Below, piece by piece: positions 10,866-19,900 of a stretch of 33,697 bases of DNA. Origin of the DNA: Octopus bimaculoides (Eukaryota); contig NC_069001.1 in assembly GCF_001194135.2 (NCBI RefSeq), positions 24,952,536-24,986,232 on the forward strand. Reading direction: 5' to 3'. A program made the translations under genes and the position numbers. The notes under the pieces were generated by a model that did not search any database, was not told where the DNA came from, and worked only from the letters and a program-made list of their open reading frames with translations. Every line of letters starts with the position of its first letter. Positions within the stretch are counted from its first letter, which is position 1.

Positions 10866-11537
10866 AGTGAGAGAGAGGGGGTGGCATTTGGATGAAATCC
10901 AACGGCAATATGTTGGACACAAATTCTGTATGTATTTGCATTAGGTTTTGCATATGTGTAATATAGGGAATAGAGAAATACTGCCTAATACTATCAGAGC
11001 AACTTATAGACAAAATACCCTTCTAGGTATGATTAAATATGAAAACAAAATGTAATACAATGTTGGAAATCTAATGAGATTATTTTGAAGGAAATTCTGA
11101 GTAATATTTATACAATGAAGCTACAGTAAAACTAATCTTCAAGACTGTTGAAATATTTTGATATTATGCGTTTACTAGAGAATTCCGAATGCCCTGTCTA
11201 TGCGACAGAATTTCACACAATCCGTCCCTGTGTATGATAAATACGTAACCTAGAGTGGCTGAAAGGAAGGGCTAGCCTCAGTCGGATTTTACCTTATAAC
11301 GTCAATATATATGGCGGAAAATATACTGAGAGACATTCTATGCTACGTTCTATAGATCCTACTAATCTACCATCTTTGTGCCAATCCAGAATAAACACAT
11401 CTAATAAGTTAGCCTTTCCAAAGAATTAAAAAAAACAAAGACAAGATGTCTCTGATCGAAGCAGAGATATGTAAATCAAAAGGTTAACAATAGCGTTTTA
11501 GTTTCCAATTCAGGCAGCCTGTTTTCGGTTAATATAC

Positions 11538-11622
11538 CTTAATATCATCGTTATCTATTCGATCATACTGCAAGTTCCAGCCACCAAGCGTTTCCAGCCC
11601 AGTGTCGAATTTAAATATAGTC
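11538..11622 (-). CDS. Candidate exon (TIFKFDTGLETLGGWNLQYDRIDNDDIK), phase 2 to 0
   Basis: Follows a 102-nt GT-AG intron from the previous exon. Acceptor aatttcatttaag, donor aag|gtatat. Confidence 0.55.
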
Positions 11623-11724
11623 CTTAAATGAAATTGGGTCAACAGATTGTTCGTGAAAACACATCTATAGATCTAGTTATCCACTTTAATGACAGACTTA
11701 AACTGCTGTGTTGTGTCATACTAC

Positions 11725-11848
11725 CTCATGTGTGTTGAGATGTGTTTCGATTTGCCATCTGTTGCGAATGATCTGCAGAGGCCGTCGATCCAAACAGGAT
11801 TTCTTTCAACCAGTCTCGAGCAGTTTAGTCCCACCACCAAGTAGCCAG
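11725..11848 (-). CDS. Candidate exon (GYLVVGLNCSRLVERNPVWIDGLCRSFATDGKSKHISTHM), phase 1 to 2
   Basis: Acceptor tatcttttaag, donor gag|gtagta. GC-richer than the flanks, 124 nt open. Confidence 0.55.
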
Positions 11849-12264
11849 CTTAAAAGATACTATATACTGAAAACAAATATCATTTCACAATTTATGGATC
11901 GATTTAGGAAAGATATGAAGCAGGAATGAACAAAGATTCTTAAAACCATGACTCCGAATGTTTTTATTTCTCTGATACAAACTTTATTTACCACATATTC
12001 CTTTGAAAATCTCAAGAATATCGCCACCATCATATTTTTTGTGTGTTGAAATACAAGAAAAAAGGCGATAAAATGTTGATTGATATCAATACTCATAAAA
12101 AGATCAATCCTTATCTATCATACATGTGAATCGAATATAATAAACATTTATCTTAATCCTTGTGTAACATATTTCCTTCGGCACAACATCAACAGCAATA
12201 ACTATAATAATAATAATAATAATAATATATTAATAATAATAGTAAAAGCAATAATAATCAAAAT

Positions 12265-12439
12265 GATCCTTTCTACTAGAGGCACATGGCCTGAAATTTA
12301 AAGGGGTAAGTCGACTGCCTCGACGTCAGTGCGAAATTGGTACTTATTTAATCGACCCCAAAAGGCTGAAAGACAAGGTCGACCTGGACAAAATTTGAAC
12401 CCAGAATGTAGCGACAGGCGAAATACCGCTAAGCATTTC
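12265..12439 (-). mobile_element. SINE family 2, 5'-truncated
   Basis: Reverse complement matches the family 2 body and tail (...gcctctagtagaaaggatc). Confidence 0.75.
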
Positions 12440-12580
12440 CTATTTCAAATCGTCATAGTTGTTTCTTATTCTTCTTTCATATTGATCCTATTGTCATATG
12501 ATTATTATTATTATTATTATTATTAATATTATTGTTGTTGTTATTGTTGTTGCTATCTTTATTATTATTATTATTATTTA

Positions 12581-12724
12581 TTCTCTTTCTCACAGGTTTT
12601 GTTGGGGATCCTGGAGTTTTGCATGCGTAGAAGTCTTACTACCTGCTATTCACTCTTTTCAACTATCTCGTACTTTCCTAATTATTGTGGCCGTGCCAAA
12701 GAGACAAGCCTTTTGTAACAGTTG
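12581..12724 (-). mobile_element. R4/Dong-clade element ORF C-terminus plus 3' UTR, ending in (TAA)n
   Basis: 12659-12724 encodes QLLQKACLFGTATIIRKVRDS*, matching the LQKA.LLGTA.I.RKVL terminus of R4-clade ORFs. It is followed by about 80 nt of UTR and TAA repeats. Confidence 0.75.
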
Positions 12725-12747
12725 CTTATTATTATTATTATTATCTT

Positions 12748-12900
12748 TCATTTCTTTAGGCAAGATATTATCCAGCTCCAGGATCCTAGGAACTTGTACT
12801 TATCATCTAGGTCTTCCATTTTCTCTCCGTTTGGCGATTCTATGTCCCTACAATTTACTCTTTTCCCCCGCTTCAAAGTACCGAATTCCATCCCTATATG
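12748..12900 (-). mobile_element. R4/Dong-clade non-LTR retrotransposon fragment, reverse transcriptase C-terminal part (pseudogenic)
   Basis: Translates to HIGMEFGTLKRGKRVNCRDIESPNGEKMEDLDDKYKFLG, then after a frameshift ILELDNILPKEMK. This resembles the DIGMEFG..KRGK..GIELP.GE.I....YKYLGILE.D region of RLE-type elements (recalled, not searched). Confidence 0.75.
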
Positions 12901-12954
12901 CTTGCATTATTATCAGGTTGGTAAGCTGGCAAATTTGAAGCCTTTTGCCTATAG

Positions 12955-13113
12955 CAGAAAGGATTATTATTATTATTATTATTGTTGTTGTTGTTGTTGC
13001 TGTTACTACTGCTATTATTACTATTATAACTGCCGTTGTTTTTTTATATTAATACTATAAAGAGAAGAAGAAGAAAAAGAAGAAGAAGAAGAAGAAGAAG
13101 AAGAAGAAGAAGA
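12955..13113. repeat. Compound (TTA)/(TTG)/(GAA)n trinucleotide repeats, preceded by a SINE family 2-like tail (gcctatagcagaaaggattatt)
   Basis: Direct inspection. Confidence 0.85.
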
Positions 13114-13758
13114 AGGAGAATCAACAAGAAATTTGTATACGAGTGTTCACTAAAACATTCCCCAACTTCAAAATTATGCACAATTATTATTTTTGTTATT
13201 TTTGTTATATAGCGAGAGTCTAGGAAATCCATATATGATCATTCGACTTTTTAGAAATAACAGTTAAATTTCCATTATGTTTTAATATGATTAAAGGTGT
13301 AAAAGTCGGGTAATGATAAATAGTGTGCTTAGAAAACAGACGGGAAGATCACTGCCTAAACATCACGTATAATCCGTTTTATAGACCTGATCAATCGAAG
13401 CTGGCCAAGGGCTAAACAGCCACAAAATTATAATTTTAGCAAGAACAGACACGTTGGCTAATGCAGTACTGAATATATTATATCTGAAAGGAAAAATTGC
13501 TGGCCATGGCATGAACGATATAATCGATAGGTCTACTGGATCAGAGTTGACCTGGGGCTAAATAACACAACAACAACAACATCGAATGTTGGGGCTTAAA
13601 TAAACAAACGTATATAAATGTTGTTTGGTATTTGGAAAAGGCTTGGCTGTAATGTGTGACTTTCTCAGCTGGGAACTATACATTGCCAATAGTGTGGTGT
13701 ACTGGCTTTGAATAATACAAACAGATCAATAATTTTGGCTACACCACAACTTTATTAC

Positions 13759-13909
13759 CTCTCATGAAGAACTCTCATCAATTCTACAAATGCTGGAAGG
13801 CAGATTTTTGAATGGAAATCACTAAATATCAAGAATAACAATTTCTTTGAAAGTACTTCAAAGTGGTATTTAGAACAACAAAATCTTTGATCTCTAAACA
13901 GATCGATGT
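13759..13909 (-). CDS. Candidate exon (DIDLFRDQRFCCSKYHFEVLSKKLLFLIFSDFHSKICLPAFVELMRVLHE), phase 1 to 2
   Basis: Acceptor gaccatttcag, donor gag|gtaata. Only one of three frames is open over 151 nt. Overlaps track ORF 13755-13940. Confidence 0.6.
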
Positions 13910-14896
13910 CTGAAATGGTCAGAAAATCAAGCCATTTCATATTCGTTTGTCACAAAAGAAAAGGAAAAATAAACTGAAAGAAGCTACGATTCTGTGTCTA
14001 GGTGATCAACATCGACAAAATTGTTTAAGAAACAGAGACCTTACGTCTTCCGAAAGTGAACTCCATTGAGGTAAAAACAAATATGAGAGAGACGTAGAGA
14101 TAGATACATGGGTGGATAGATAGGTAAGCAGAGAAAGAAAGAAAGAAAGAAAGAAAGAAGGAAAGAAAGAAAGAGGAGAGGTACATCAAACATCGAACTG
14201 GTTTTTAGATTTTGATATATGATAACGGAAATATATTTCACGAGGAACAAAAACCGTTTCTTTATCTATTTTTGTGGGAAAGAGAACGGCATAACTCTTT
14301 TCATGCGAATAAAGTTCTCATTGATGCTGTTGTTAGTAAGAGAAACCAGATCTTATTATGTTTTATACGTGATCTTTCAGTTCTTATAGTGCGTTAGTGT
14401 ATATGAGAGAGAGTATGTTTATGTGCATGTGTGTGTGTATACAAATGTGAATTGGGCAAGCATGGCAAAACAGAATAGTGAGGAATTTTTGCTTCACAAT
14501 CCTATGGTCTGCTGTTCAATACCAATCTTTCCGATCTGATTATTTTTTTCTTTTTAACATGACTGTTGATCGATCCAAGATACTAGCGTCTACCTTCGCT
14601 GGAAGTGGAAATTATATGTGAACCACTCTGATTGTACTTGTCGTTTAAAAGTGTCACTTTGTCAAATGTGACTTATCCCTGCTGAGAAATTCGTTTATGA
14701 TCTTACGTATACACAGCTAATTACAGGGAATTCTCAGCTAATTACACTCTAATGAAATGAGTAGATAATTCCTTCTCAGAAAGCGTCGAAAGTTCCATCG
14801 ACATATTTGTTTGCAAATATGTGTGTCTGTGTGTGGATGTATGTGCGTGTGCTTCTATTCCGTTTCTGCTTCTATTTAATTCACAAAAGTCTTCAC

Positions 14897-14944
14897 CTAT
14901 ATTGAAAGCGACATCGTTAGGATTGAAGGATTTCATATGTAAAT
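14897..14944 (-). CDS. Candidate exon (DLHMKSFNPNDVAFNI), phase 1 to 1
   Basis: Acceptor ttttttttttctcgtcag, donor tag|gtgaag, 48 nt. Confidence 0.6.
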
Positions 14945-15000
14945 CTGACGAGAAAAAAAAAACTGATGTATCTCCCTCAGCATTAACAATGAGGATATTA

Positions 15001-15508
15001 TAAGATACAGAAATAAATTTATTTCTCAAACACGTGATAATGCTATAAATAGCGTGATCAGGATAAATTATCCATATAATGCAGAAAAATACGTTACTGG
15101 CCAGCCATAAGACTCGAACTCACATCTCTCTGATTATATATCAAGTGCTTTACCATTAAACCAAACTGCCCAGCAACGAATTATTTTGCAGTTTTAGAAC
15201 TTATAAATTTAGCTTCATAAGACGCTAACGTTAAATTCAACTTTTTTACGATGAAAGTAAGCAAAGTTTCTTTTTTTTAGAAGCGTTGAGATGTATTGTA
15301 AGATCTTGACATGTAATCACAGAGATGTCAGTTCGAGTCTCATGGCTGGACAGTAACGTATTTTTCTGCATTATATGGATAATTTATCCTGATCAAGCTA
15401 TTTATAGCATTATCACGCGTTTGAGAAATAAATTTATTTCTGTATCTTACAATACATCTCAACGCTACTAAAAAAACAAACATTGTTTGTTTACTTTCAT
15501 CGAAAAAA
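15001..15508. mobile_element. Retroposed tRNA-Thr(UGU)-like unit, inverted duplication flanked by 13-bp TSD
   Basis: Direct repeat aatgaggatatta at 14988-15000 and 15509-15521. Inverted pairs 15001-15144/15306-15449 and 15241-15304/15445-15510. tRNA-like head on the minus strand near 15096-15170 with A box (tggtttaatgg) and B box (gttcgagtc); the + copy has a catgtaa anticodon loop. An A-run abuts the right TSD. Confidence 0.7.
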
Positions 15509-15673
15509 AATGAGGATATTATTTTATTAGAACTCAATTATATCGGGACCGACATGGATTTAAAGAATATGTTGTATTGACTATATGTTGTATTGACTTC
15601 CATTGCTTGCTGCTAGTGTATCACACTAAGGGCATTACTTAATTCATCCTTTTGTAAATGCACCTAGAATTAC

Positions 15674-15729
15674 CTACAAAAATTGTTTCACTCAGCCATT
15701 TCAAGCTATCCAAGCAAGAAACCATTTTT
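15674..15729 (-). CDS. Candidate exon (KMVSCLDSLKWLSETIFV), phase 2 to 1
   Basis: Acceptor ctgttccttag, donor tag|gtaatt. Confidence 0.5.
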
Positions 15730-16684
15730 CTAAGGAACAGCAATTGGTAGTACTTATGCTTTTGTTAAAGCAGCTCACCGGTACAAAGATAAGAATTCCA
15801 AACAAAATAAAAAACAAAAAATGAATGAGGACGAATATATGACCATTTATGTCTTATTCTAAAATAGATTCAGGGTGTTTATCTTGGCTGGGGGTGTTCT
15901 ATTATCTTCTAAAATTCAATGAATTCAGGAGTGATGTGGTAGCTATATAAATGTTCCTTGCAAGAACACCGAAACAATGGTAAGTTTATATCGAAGGTGA
16001 TTGAACGTTTATTAACATAACATCTATATTAGGTTTAGCATATATTATATCTTTTAAAGAGAAAACTAATTAACAAGACAACATGCAAAAGAAAAAATAA
16101 TACATAGCATAAGTTGTGGATATTTCACTAGGTACTACTGATGTAGCTGCTGGTTGTAGTTGAGAGAAGGAGAGGAAGACAGACAGACAGACAGACAGAC
16201 AGGCAACGAAATTAAGAGAAAGCGGCATTCCTAAGAGATAACAGAGAGGATAAATATTCAACTTAAGGGGAGGGGAGAGAACTGCTTCATGTTTTTATTT
16301 TTGTTTTTTTTTAATTTTTTCTATGAGTGAAAGAGCATATAAGATAATATACGATTTATGCTATTTGGTGTCCTAGTAGTTAGAGAGAGCACCAATTCTG
16401 CCTTATTAAGTTTTTAAAAAATGGAAACTAAAAACGACGACGGGCGACCGATCGCGGATCAATGTCATGAGATCAGTCGATGGAGTTGATTACAATAAAC
16501 AAATCTGCCCTATGTTCAACGCGAAATAGAAATCACAATACGAAAAGAAATTTGTCAGAATATAGGCAGCTTTCAGATTGTTGCTAAGGAATTGGAAACC
16601 GACACGTTTTCCCGGAAAAATTTCAACATTACATAAAATGAATTATAATGTAGATTTAATAAATTTGTGTAATATGGCGCTGCT

Positions 16685-16966
16685 ACACGTGTACCCTTAA
16701 CGTAGTTCTCAGGGAGATTCGGCGTGACACAAAGTGTGACAAGGTTGGCCCTTTGAAATACAGGTACAACAGAAACAATAAGAAAGAGTGAGAGGAAGTT
16801 GTAGTGAAAGAGTACAGCAAGGTTCGACACCACCCTCTACCGGAGCCTCGTGGAGCTTTAGCTGTTTTCGCTCAATAAACACTTACAACGCCCGGTTTGG
16901 AAACCGAAACTGCGATTCTACGACCGTGAGTCCGCTGCCCTAACCACTGGGCCACTGCGCCTCCAC
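16685..16966 (-). mobile_element. tRNA-derived SINE, family 1, 3'-truncated
   Basis: Colinear with about 6270-6549 of the first copy. Confidence 0.85.
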
Positions 16967-17011
16967 ATTGCTCCCAGACACAACTGCATATATAAATATA
17001 TATAACATACA

Positions 17012-17044
<33 letters not shown>

Positions 17045-17729
17045 TTATCTATGTAGGTGTGTGCGTATATATATGTATATATAATGCAATACTATGTATG
17101 GGAGTTCCATTATTTTAGTTTTTCAATGAGAATTTCGAATTACATCCTGTTTCCGATTTACGACCTACTTTCATTACGTGTTGAGTTTCCGTGTGTTAAA
17201 AATTTAGACAGAAATAATCCATTACAATATGTATATTACCCTGCAGTTGATTTATAATTTATAGACGTCATGCTCGAGAAATTTCTTCCAGATATTAGTG
17301 TAGATTTACTATATCGCTTGATAATCACATGCAGCTTTCAACACCACAATGCTGAAATATAATAGTTTCCTGATGATAAAATGAAGTTGACAGGTTTTAT
17401 ATAATTATATAATCTAATTTCTTGTAATTATATAATTCTATTCTGATTAGAACCAAATTTACACGAGACATCAATGCATTGTCTAAGGCAGTTTTTCAAT
17501 ATCTAATGTTGTACTTACTTTACTCTTAATACACAAATTATTGACTACTGCAGACACTCAAATAATCAACACATAGATGAACTATCTATGTAATAAAAAT
17601 AGTAGTCTTTAAAACATGCGCCATACTGTCTTAAACTAAACTTCACTTCGACAATGTGGTTCTAGATATATATTGAGTTCGTTAAATGAGAGATGATTTC
17701 AGGTTAAATCTTTTGCCTATTTCCGCCAG

Positions 17730-17912
17730 AGGACTGCGGCGACTCAGGGAACCGCCTTGAAGAAATTTTAGTCGAATGAATCGACCCTAGTACTTATTTT
17801 TTAAAGCCAGGTACATATTTTATTAGTTTCTTTTCCCAAACGCTAAATTAGTGACGTAAACAAGCTAACACCATTCGTCAGGAGATGGTCAGAGACAAAC
17901 ACAGACTCCAAG
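17730..17912 (-). mobile_element. SINE family 3 variant, 3' half
   Basis: actgcggc...accgccttgaag...tagtcgaatgaatcgaccc...agtactt...gacgtaaac...gacaaacaca is similar to the family 3 tail. Confidence 0.6.
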
Positions 17913-17928
17913 ACCTTGATATACATAG

Positions 17929-17989
<61 letters not shown>

Positions 17990-17991
<2 letters not shown>

Positions 17992-18383
17992 TTCTTTTAT
18001 TCTTTTATTTGTTTCAGTCATTTGGCGGCGACCATACTGGAACACCGTTTTTAGTTGAACAGCTCGACCCCAGGAGATATTCTTTGTAAGCCTAGTACTT
18101 ATTCTGTCGGTCTCTTTTGCCGAACCGCTATGTTACGTGGATGTTAACACACCATCATCGGTTGTCAATCAATGGTGGCGGGGACAAACCTCCACACACA
18201 AACATATGCATATATGCATATACATATATATACGATAGGCTCCTTTCAGTTTCCGTCTACCAAATCCGCTCACAAGGCTTTCATCGGCCTGGGGTTATAG
18301 TAGAAGACACTTGGCTAAGGTGCCACGCAGTGGAACTAAAGCCAGAACCATGTGGCTGGTAAGCAAACTACTTACCACACAGC
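17990..18383 (-). mobile_element. SINE family 3, near full length
   Basis: Reverse complement is colinear with 19518-19900. Confidence 0.85.
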
Positions 18384-18655
18384 GAAAATTTAATTAGAGG
18401 TTGTGTATAGAGGTTGTGTATAGAGGCTTACAAATAAGGAAGTACTGGTTCAATATTGAGTATTTTTGTGGGGAATGAATTTCCTTAAAATAGTAGTCTT
18501 TAAAACATGCGCCATACAGAAAACATATAGTTTATATTCATCTAACAGAAGAAAAGAAAATGGAGATTAAGAAGTGGATAATTGTTTATTATGAATTTAT
18601 AAACACACACTTTAGCATACATAAGCACACATATAGCATCTAAAGGTAGGTTTTT

Positions 18656-18708
18656 TTTCCCTCTGATGATAGTTTAATGAGCATTAACAGAAACGAGTGT
18701 AAGCGAAG
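18656..18708 (+). ncRNA. Type I hammerhead ribozyme motif with canonical core
   Basis: Stem I tttccct/agcgaag (one C-C mismatch). CTGATGA at 18663-18669. Stem II t-a-gtttaatg(ag)cattaac-a with two bulges. GAAA at 18690-18693. Stem III ac(gagt)gt. Triplet GUA, predicted cut after 18701. Confidence 0.68.
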
Positions 18709-18795
18709 ATGACCAATATGCTGTTAATAATAAACAATCATTAACCTCCTAATCTACACTTCTTCTTCCATGTATAAGTATATACATATATGTAT

Positions 18796-18828
<33 letters not shown>

Positions 18829-18865
18829 NNNNNNNNNNTACACCTTTTCTATTGGTCTTTACTCT

Positions 18866-18900
18866 GTTTCTGAAGAAGAGCTCTGCTCGGAACGTTAAAC
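18866..18900 (+). ncRNA. Penelope-type minimal hammerhead motif with A13G substitution (probably inactive copy)
   Basis: Sequence gttt-CTGAAGA-a-gagc(tct)gctc-GGAA-c-g-t-T-aaac. Stem I gttt/aaac, extra nucleotide after A9, stem II 4 bp, palindromic ACGU stem III. GAAA is changed to GGAA. Confidence 0.6.
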
Positions 18901-18991
18901 CAGCTGAGCCTCTGCTAATACACGTCCTCGTGTTGTTGGTTTTTGTGTTTGTTCTTAATTTGTTTTTGTGGGGGAGATTTACTACATATAT

Positions 18992-19146
18992 ACGACGAGC
19001 TTCTTCCGGTTTCCGAATACCAAATGCACTCACAAAGCTTTACTAGGCTCGAAGCTATAATAGAAGACACATGCCTAAGGTACCGCGCAGTGAGGCTGAA
19101 CCAGGAACCATTTGGTTAGGAACAAGCTTCCCTCCACACAGCCACG
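18992..19146 (-). mobile_element. SINE family 3, 5' half
   Basis: ttccg..taccaaat.cactcacaaagct...ctata.tagaagacac.tgcctaaggt.ccgcgcagtg...ccacacagccac is the reverse complement of the family 3 head. Confidence 0.75.
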
Positions 19147-19517
19147 CTTTCGGTTATGTCAACGGTATTAAATAATTTTGTGCCAGCTATATAGTTTCAA
19201 CATGGTCACTAGCCATGAAGGAATTTTTAAGTAGCTACTCTCATTTCATAAAATGTAATCACGAAAACAATGACACAAGTTATTAGAGTTCCTCATAGCC
19301 ATAAAAATAGAGGATAATCACGTTTCTTTTAGATCTTCTGGGATTAAATAACAAATATGCAATCAAAATAGAATTGTTAATATTGAGGCACAGGTCAATG
19401 AGTTTTGATTGGTTTCCTCCAGAAATAGTAAACGATTGGGAATAAGCTTATCTGTTCTTATGATATAAAATCTAATTATAAATAGAGCATATACTTTGAG
19501 TATATATTAGAATAGCT

Positions 19518-19900
19518 GCAGGAATGGCTGTGTGGTAAGTAGTTTGCTTACTAACCACACGGTTCTGGGTTCAGTCCCGCTGCGTAGCACCTTAGGCAAG
19601 TGTCTTCTACTATAGCCTCGGGCCAACCAAAGCCTTGTGAGTGAATTTGGTAGACGGAAACTGAAAGAAGCCTGTCGTATATATGTATGTGTGCGTGTGT
19701 ATATGTTTGTGTGTTTGTCCCCCACCATCGCTTGACAACCGATGGTGGTGTGTTTACGTCCCCGTAACTTAGCGGTTCGGCAAAAGAGACAGATACAATA
19801 AGTACTAGGCTTACAAAGAATAAGTCCTGGGGTCGATTTGCTCGACTAAAGGCGGTGCTCCAGCATAGCCGTAGTCAAAATTACTGAAACAAGTAAAAGA
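19518..19900 (+). mobile_element. tRNA-derived SINE, family 3, full length
   Basis: Head gcaggaatggctgtgtggtaag...gggttcagtccc, internal (TA/TG)n, tail ...ctgaaacaagtaaaaga. Inverted copies lie nearby. Confidence 0.85.

Noticed and set aside
10005-11013. Long ORFs (259-497 aa) in the track, also at 28.3-29.1 kb and 30.6-32.2 kb
   Set aside because: They are open only because N runs translate as X and the flanks are (TA)/(CA) repeats.
12760-12920. Plus-strand exon-like segment with strong acceptor and donor (tttag|gcaag ... ttg|gtaagc)
   Set aside because: It is the antisense strand of the Dong-like RT fragment, which explains the open frames better.
13340-13580. Two short similar segments ending gggctaaa(c/t)a..(caa)n
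   Set aside because: Probably 3' ends of a dispersed repeat, but too short and diverged to classify or bound.
14000-14055. GTGATCA (G3-C8 variant) ... GAAAC ... GTC
   Set aside because: Stem II is not adjacent to GAAA and stem I has only 2 bp; likely chance.
15096-15170. Functional tRNA gene
   Set aside because: Anticodon and D arms are mismatched in the complete copy and the other copy lacks its 5' end; treated as tRNA-derived sequence.
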